Origin: a virus
Lineage: Duplodnaviria; Caudoviricetes
DNA length: 24,098 bases
Virus record (IMG/VR): IMGVR_UViG_3300030328_001736
Location: 1-24,098 of that record
Strand: one strand, 5' to 3'
Shown here: piece after piece, positions 6,176 to 15,100 of the stretch
Position numbering within the stretch: the stretch's first letter is position 1
Layout of the letters: each line of letters opens with the position of its first letter
Notes under the pieces: generated by a model
What the model saw: the letters and a program-made list of their open reading frames with translations, nothing else
What the model was told of the DNA's origin: nothing
Database searches by the model: none
Made by a program: the position numbers and the translations under genes

Positions 6176-9100
6176 ATTCTTCAATTTCTTCGTTTTGAGC
6201 GATACGTTCAGCTCTATCTTTCTTAACTTTCTGTCCAATCCTATGAATAGGTATACCAGTTAAGAAATCTACAGCCATTTCTGGATTCTTTTGAGTTCTA
6301 TATATATCTCTTATCATTCTACCACCTGGTGCGTATGTAGCTAAATTGAATTGGACGAAATTGTCCCAGTCATTTGTCATTAAGCTCTTTAACGGAGGTA
6401 AAACAAATCTTGCTATTGGAGGTGTTACAATCTGCAATGGTGCTGCAGCTGTTGTAGGCCACTGACTGAAGAAAGCTCTTTCTCTATCTTGAGCGTCTCC
6501 AAATAACCACTGTGATGTATCTTGCATCCAGGACATTGGAGGAGATAAAGCATATTCAAACAAAGTACCTGCATATATAACAGCCATAGCCATACTCATC
6601 ATATCTGCCGTTAGCTGCCTTTGTGCAACTTCAGTAGCATTAGTTTGATTAAACCAATCTGAATATTTTCCCTGTTTATATAAATGTCTTCTTCTTTTTA
6701 CACTATTCCAAGCATAAGGATGGAAACGAGTCATTACACGACCTAAAGAAGTATTAGAGTATGCTGTTCTAAAAGCAGAATGATAAACATACTGAGAAGC
6801 AATAATTCCTCTTCTAGCAACCTCTAACAAAACAGGTGAATCAAAAGCAAGTTCTGACGTTAAAGGCTCAAAAGCTCTACGAGCATTTAAATAGTGAGCT
6901 AAAGCTGCAGTTCTTCTAAGCTTTATTTCAGAAGTTCTCATAAAATAAGAACCAAACTTCATAACAGCGTCATCTATATTGTATTTTTCAGCTAACTCTA
7001 ATATAGTTCCATTTCTTACTTTTTCTAGTTCTGACGCATTATTTGCTAAATCAGGGTTTTCATTTATTCTTCCAAATATCTTTTTAATTACTTCTTTAGC
7101 AAATTTTCTTTGATTAGCAGTTTGAAAGTTTTTATTAATTCCAGCTTCTTCTAGATACATACCTTCTAACATACCTTCTTTAGCTAACCAAGCTTCAATA
7201 TCTCTCATATTGTTGAAAGGTCTATTTTCAGTTTTTCTTTTTCCTGTCTTAGGATTTATAAATGAATGTTTAAATGTTGCATCTCCAAACACTTCATTCA
7301 ATAAATACTTTTCACTCATAGAGTTTTTAAAATGTTCCCAACCAGTATCAGCATAAATATTAGTTCCACCACCGTAAAAATTAGCTAACATAGTTTTAGG
7401 GTGGAATAGCAATGATAACATTTCAAACTTACCTTCTAAATTACTCCAAGCTTTTACTTTTCTAGCTAAAGCTATTCTTCTAGCTTCTTCAGATACTTTA
7501 ATTTCTATTCCCCCTGGTCCTTTTTCAGCAGTTTTAGGCCCTCTTAATTCTTTGAACATACTAAACTGTCCTTGCTCATATCCAAACAACCTACCTATTC
7601 TTTCTTCTTGAGTTCTTAAGAAATTAACAGCAGATTCATCTGATGTAAAGTTGTATAAAGTTCCAAATCTTTTAATCTTATTAATGTTCTTACTATTGCT
7701 TAACTCTATAGCTCTCTCCATTCTATATTCTTGTATAGCATCTCTTAATTCTTTTCCTTTTAACTCTCTTCCAACCGTCTCATACCAATGATAATCTGGA
7801 GCAATATGATCTTCAACTAATTGTAAAAATCTTCTATGTTTGTAAGGTAGCTTGTCTTTTTTCTCTAATTTCAAGTTTATAAAATCGTTTAACACCTTAA
7901 CTTCACTCTTTTTTATACCATTAATATCTAAACTTCTAAAAGTAGGTAGATTTAACATTGTTTGTAGTTGGTCTCTCATCCAGTTACTCCATGCCATAGT
8001 ATGGTCAATATCTTTAATTGCATTAGTTTCTATAAACTTATCAATAACCATAGTTCCACGAAGACCAGCTAAATTATCCGTATAAGCTTTTGTCATATTT
8101 TTAGCATATATCTCTAAAACATCTTTGCTCTTAGCGTATCCTGGCATAACATTTTGAGAACGAGCCATCTGAGCACCAACCCTAGTACCCCCTATTGCAG
8201 GTCTATGTCCCTGTACAAAAGTTGCCATAGAATCTGACCACCCCGCACCTTCTTGTTGAAATCTTTGCAGACTTTGACCAAGACCCTTAGCATAGTCAGA
8301 TAACATTAACTTTCTAACTTCGTGTATCGTCCAAACTCTTTTTGTTTCAGGATTAATAACTTCACCATCTAAAAGAACTCTATATTTTCTACCAAACTGC
8401 TCTTTGCTCATCTTTGAAATATTTACTTGCTCTGACTTAATAGACCTTTCTATCCACGCATCAATATTTGTTCTATTTTTACTAAAATCTAAGTGTCCCT
8501 GAAAATGCCAATATGGGTCAGCTTTACCGTTTTTAGTTATTAGTGACATCAAACTTGATTCCATAGGTAATGCTTTTCTAAAACTTTTAACAAAGTTCAA
8601 TATTTCTTTTGTGTGAGTAGCTTCTCTTGCTGGGTCAAACTCTGGAAACTTTTCTTTAACATAATTTAAAAGCTCATATTCATAACGATACATTAGCAAT
8701 TCATTCATACCAATAAGGTTTCCACTCTTTTTACTTCCCTTAGGTGCCATTAACGCTTCTACAATATCTGTTATACCGTGCTGTTGAGTCTTATATCTTT
8801 TATTAATCTTTTTATAGTCAATAAATTGATATCTATTCCCATCCTTATCTGTATAAGTATGCATCACATCATCTAATGTCTTCTTAGTGAACTTATATTC
8901 TTTACCATTACTATCTAATTCCATACCTTTTGTAATTAATTGATCAACAAACATTTGATATGTATCAGTAATTTTATTGTTAAGCAGCTTAACTAAATCT
9001 TCTGGAGTTATATTCTTTCTTTTACCAGCACCACTAGCTATATCTTTAATTTCAAAAGTTGAATGTTCCTTTGTAATCTCTTCAAGTCTCTTTTTTGACC

Positions 9101-12100
9101 TATTAAAAGATTCTTCAAACATATCCCTAGATTCTTTTTTGTAGAAATTTTTTCTTCCACCAAATTCTCCATTATCATATACACGATAGTCTACTGCTAT
9201 CTCCATCATTTCATCCATATAATCTTTTAAAGGACCTTCTACATCAAGCTCTCTAAATCTTTCTTTTAAGTCTTTTTGAAAGAAATCCTGGAACGCAGCA
9301 GAGAATTTTCTAGATTCATCTACTTGTCTTCTTACTAGTTCGATTGAATTAGTAGGTGCTACATAAGTTCTTTTTCCAATTACAACCTTACCTTCAATAA
9401 CATCTTCTATAATTTGCTCTTGAACTTGATGTTCTAACATCTCTCTTGGCTCTAGATACTTTTTACCTACATGCTCTGTGAAGAAATAAAAATAAGCTTT
9501 GTCAAGCCAGTTTTTAGGTCTCTCAATCTTCTTACCTTTTTCTACTTTAATCCTTCTTTCAGTTGTCCATTTTTTAAACTTCTGGTACATATTAGTAGGT
9601 TTTAAATATAAATCTTCTAACATATTATTAAACATTCTCAAATCATTTCCGTTCATAAGTTGGATTGTTTTACCAACATAAGGCCTACCAGTTATACCTA
9701 TATCAACACCAAACTGAGCAAAAAGACCTTCAACTGTTTCTGCTATTCTAGGGTTTTTATCAACAATGTCTATAAATCTTTTTAACTGCTCTAACTGAAC
9801 TTCATTAATAACAGAGTTACTTAAGTCTATATCTCTTGTTAAATCTACTATATTTAAAGGAGTAGAGCCTTTTCTATCTAACCATTTAACTCTTTGCTCT
9901 GGAGATAACTGATTTACATAAGAGACAATAGAGTCTTTAATATTCTGATTTAAACTAATATTGCTTTTTTGATTTTTGATAACAGCTGCGACAAAATCTA
10001 TACCTTCAGCGTCTGTAATAAACACCTCTTTCTTAGGGTCTGGCTTAGAAACTTTTTTAATTATAGGTTTACCGTTCTTGTCATAAGATACATTATTAAC
10101 TATTTGCTCTTTAGAAATTCTTACATCCCTAGGAATAAACAAAGAAGAGTCAGCACCTTTTAATGCCTTTTTAACAGCAGATTCAAACTCTATTGGAGTT
10201 CTATCTACCTCTATAACTATAGCTTCTCTACCTTCAGGAGACTTTAAGTTCTTTACCATACCGTAGTCAACCATATCTCTAAGGCCTTTCATAAAGTTTT
10301 GTTTATGTATAAGTGGGATAGAGTCACTCTTAAGTAAGTTTGGTCTTTCAAGCATAGTCATTCTAGTAGAACTAATAAGTCTTTTAAAAACGTCTACTGC
10401 TGAAGCATTGTTACTGCTAAGCCTTCCATTGTTCATCATCGCTTTAAGTTCATTTAACCTGTTTTCTATATGATTAGGTTGCTTAGCGTACATTTCCATA
10501 GCCTCTGGAAGGGTTTTATACTCATTTTTTTGAGTATCTCGATTAAACACCTTCACTTTCCTGCTAGTTAAATCTAGCTTCCCTAAAGGGGATTCAGATT
10601 CTTTACCAAAGCCAAAGTTTAGTTCTTGGTTCATATTTTTATAAAAAGATTCTATCTTTTGCTTACCTGCCGATATGTTTGATAGCATCATATGACTAAA
10701 TATCTCTTCAAATGCATCGATGTGTTTTTTATTCTTAAGTCTTTTTTCTCCCATATAAGGAAGATAGTCTTCTTTATATCTTTTTATAGCCTCATGAATA
10801 TTGAAATCGTTTTGAGGTAATTCTTTACCAGATTTGGATTTAGCCAAATCAGAAGCTTTTATCATCCAAGAAGTATTAATAATTTCAGTTAATTTATCCT
10901 CTATTTGTTTTTTGCTAAAACCTTCATCTATCAAGTTTCCTTTTTTTCCTTGGTCTAATAATCTAGAAGCCATCAATTCTAGTCTAATAGCACTTGCAGC
11001 ACTTGCAGCTTGGTAGGCTATGGCTTGACTTTTTTGAGCAGCATTCATTAGGTCTGGAGCTATTGAATCAATCATATTAAATACTTCAACAGCTTTATCG
11101 GTACTCATTCCAGACTGTTCTATTAATTCTGTAATTTTAATCCAAGACTCTACTTCAGGGCTTAATACTCCATTCTCCCTCAATTTGCTTAAAACAGGGC
11201 TGTTTTTACTGTTTTTTAATCCCTTTAATAGATTAGAAAACAAAGTAGGGAGATTAGATGAAGGGAATATCTCAGGATTAATGTGCATAGAAGCCTCTCT
11301 AAACATACCAATTCTAAGTCCGTTCGCAATGTCAGTTAAAGAATCATTTAAATAGACATCTGCAACTCCAGAATCCTTTGTCATTTGAGTTAAAAATATA
11401 TCTCCTTTGTCGCCTATTTCATTCAGATGCTGTCCTTTTGCCTTAGGATTTACTGCACTTTTAAAATCCTTTCTCGCTTCAAGGGCATTAAAGAAAGTAT
11501 GCTCAATATCTAAATGGATAATATCTTTTCTAGGAATAGTTACTTCTTGTTGAAGACCATCTAATAGTCGTCCAGTTAATTCACCTTTATCGTTTAGTCC
11601 TTTAAATTCTATATCCCTGGTAGGGGTAGTCCCTTTTTGCTTTTCCATACTTTTTTTATCTTTATCTGTTAATGTATAGTCTCTTTGTACTTTCTTTGAT
11701 TTGTCAAGAACATCTACCGACCAAATCTTAACGGATTTACCGTCAAGTAATCGCTTTGCCATTGCTTCAGTCATAGTTTCTACAGTCCTATCTTGCATTT
11801 TTGCCATAATCCATTCTACAGGAGTTAGTGCATTTATATACGCTTTTACACTAAAAACCTTACCATGGTACATGTCCGATCTAAGGATAGTTGAAAGTCT
11901 TGCGTCAGTTCCCTTAGATGGAAAGAATCGCTCACTCAACCAATTAGATTGTTCATTCTCTGGATTCTTCTGCTTATGAGCCCAATCAAGGTCAAGTATT
12001 TGCTCATTACCATCTTTGTCTTTTATTTTCTTGTTTATTCTTTGGCTAGTTAATGCGTCCAAGTCTAATTGTTTCTTGTTGGACCTGAGGTAAGGTAGAA

Positions 12101-15100
12101 TAGCCAAATGCCCATCTTTACGTGCTTTGTTTTCTGGAGTAGCTAACATTAAAACTTCTCCTTTTGCATTAGTGATTTCAAAATGCTCATTAAAGACTTG
12201 TTGTTTTAAATGCACTAAGTCAGGGTTTTTGGAGTTTTTCATTCCGTCTAAAGTCAAGTTTAATAAAAGTGGAGCTGCATAATCATTAAAATAGTCTAAG
12301 TGGTCTTGAGCTGTCCATTCTTTTTTACCAGAACGATTATTTTTAATTTTTTCACCTTTACTATTAACTCTCTCGTGAACCTTTTTGGTTTTTAAAAACA
12401 TATTACCGTCTAAATCTAGTCTCCATCCTTTTTCTCCAGATTGAGTAACATAGTTCATATAGTCATGAATATCTTGATTGAAGTTTGTTACTTTTCCAAT
12501 ATTTTTTGATACCATTGCGTTGCTTACGGCTTGCTCTAGCCTCTCTTGAGGATTAAAGACGTCTTTTATTCCAGCTTCTCTCCCTTTTACTCTCTGCTCA
12601 AAACCCCAACCTACATTATGGCCAGCATCTGTTAGTCCACCGCCTTTTATTAAAGCATCTAAGCCATCTGCTACTTTAGGGTCTGCAAATCCTTTTTTAA
12701 AGTCTTTAGGAACATTATTATAAATAGCAACGGCATCTCCGTCATAATCAGCACCGCCCAATTTCTCTGCAGTTTTTCTAGAAACAATTATACCTCTACC
12801 TTGAGAGCCTTCAATAAACCCACCTAATGTTAAAGAGTTAATACCTGAAGGAGCAGATACTGGATTTCTAATTACAATCATATCCAAAATTTCCTCTTTA
12901 ATCTGATTCATTATCTCTGTTTTATTTTTAGTTGGAGATTGTTTAGATAAAGTCTGATACAATTCAAAAGCTTCTCCAAGTGTTTTAGGTGCCGTATCTC
13001 CTTTATATTCATTCCTAAAGGTAATCTTTTTATCTCTGTGTCCTTCGTATAAATAAAAATTATTATCCTTTAAATCTTTACCTAACATTTTAGCAACACT
13101 AGGAGTTAAAGCCTTCATTCTTGTAAAGGAAAAAGCAGAATTACTTCTAGGCCTTGTAAGCCTATTAATAATATGCTTTCTAAAAGACGCCTCGAATAAA
13201 GACATATTGTTACCTAAGGTTAAAACTATCGGGTCATAATTAAAACCTGCTAATAACTCATTTACACCCTTAACACTAATATCTAGTGCATCGCCAGCAC
13301 TATCACTTATTTCATTTCTAATGTTTTTATGGTCCCTGAACATAGCTTCCATAAACTCTTTAGCTAAAGGACTATTTATTTGATTGTTCATTACATCTAA
13401 TATTGTTTCAATATCAACCCTGTTAATATCTAGAGACTTATTATTGACTTTTAATCTAGCATTAGGGTCTGCTAGTAGAGAGACTTGATAATCAACTAAC
13501 GCCTTACTGTAGTCTTCCATATAAGATTTATCTCCACGCCTAGACTCTTCTATCATTTTTGTAATAGCATCGTTTAAAGGTTTACCCATATTCATATTTC
13601 TCTTTAAAATAGATTGAACTGGCATAAACTCAAACCCTAAGCTAGAGTCCATTACGTCATATTCGGAATCAATCAGTCTAATAGACTCCTGGTCTATCTC
13701 AAAAATAGAATTTCTTAAAGAGTTTTTAGATGAATATATTCCATTTTTATAGTCAAGTTGAACCATTGGATGTCTAGAGTTGCTTTTTCTTCCAGACTCC
13801 ATAATGATAACGTCTATATTTTTAGCTTCCATAAAAGCATTTAGCTCTTTATCTGGTCTTTGGGCAGCAGATTTATTAAGTAATAACCCTCTTCTGTTAG
13901 CAAAGTCTGGAGCTTGAATAAGTATATCCTTGATATAATCATTTGATCTATCTCCGTCCCTTCCTTGATTTTTTAATATAGCGTCATGCAATTTCCATCT
14001 ATAAAATTTGACACCATCTGGATTTATTTCACCAGAGTTAAATGCGTTCTGAAATAACTCAGAACTGTCATTTACAATTAATGTGTTTAGCTTCCCATTC
14101 TTTCCATATTTAATTTCTAAAGCTCTAGCTTGAGGGTTGTCAAATACTTTTCTATACTGCATATACTTTGCAATACTAGAGTATGAGTTCATTCCGTCTT
14201 TAACATATTTATCAAAAGCTCTCTTGACTGTCTTTAAGTTAATATCAGCATTAGATAAAGATATTAAACCAGCATCTCTAAGTTCATATATCACATTAGA
14301 CAAGAGCTCATTATAGAATCTTTCATTGTTAGACTTGTAGTGAGTTTCGTCTGTTCCAAATCTTGTTTTATAGTTAGTTAGATATTTTCTAAAGTCTTTA
14401 TCTGCCTTCAACCAATCTTTCAAATCTTTTCTAATAGGTTTAGGAACTTCTCCACCTTCTGCAGCTTTATCTTTTTGAGCTAAGCTTCTAATTTTAGCTT
14501 GTTGTGTTTTTGGATTAGTGTGATGCAAATATGGATTATGTTGAACTATATCTACTCCACCTCTCTGCATAATAATTGCTCCTGAATCATATATAGCTTT
14601 ACCTATATCTGCATAAGGACCGATTGCTTGCCAAGCTTCTTGCCTAGGAAGGAATGAATCCATTTTGATTTCACCTTGCAACTTAGCTGTTCCTGTTTGT
14701 TCTGCATACTCTATGCTTATTTCAAATAAGCCGTCTTTTTTATTATAAAACTTATTATAATAATCTATGGTTGTTTCACTTTTAAGAGGTTTTCCAACAT
14801 CGTCTACAGACCTGGTTATTTTAATTTTAATGTCTTTGGTTTTCCAACCTTCTTTTACGACCTCTATAGTTAATCCTTGTTTAATTATTTTTTGACTATT
14901 AGCATTCCAGTCTTTAATAAGTTTTGTTCTATATGCTTTAAGTTTACTTTTGCTGTAAGCTTTTTCTGGATTAAAGCCAATTTCTTTATTTATTGCTTGT
15001 ACGGCTTTTAGATATTCTTCAAAGTTTCTAGCGTTTTTAGCAGCAGACTTATACACTTGATACTTGTCACTAAGTCTAGCATTTAAATCTGGGAAATCTT

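Noticed and set aside
12735-12749. Cellular RpoC (beta-prime) assignment for the DxDGD protein
   Set aside because: It lacks the NADFDGD context and other RpoC regions. Motifs of both barrels lie in one chain in RdRP-like order within a phage virion operon.
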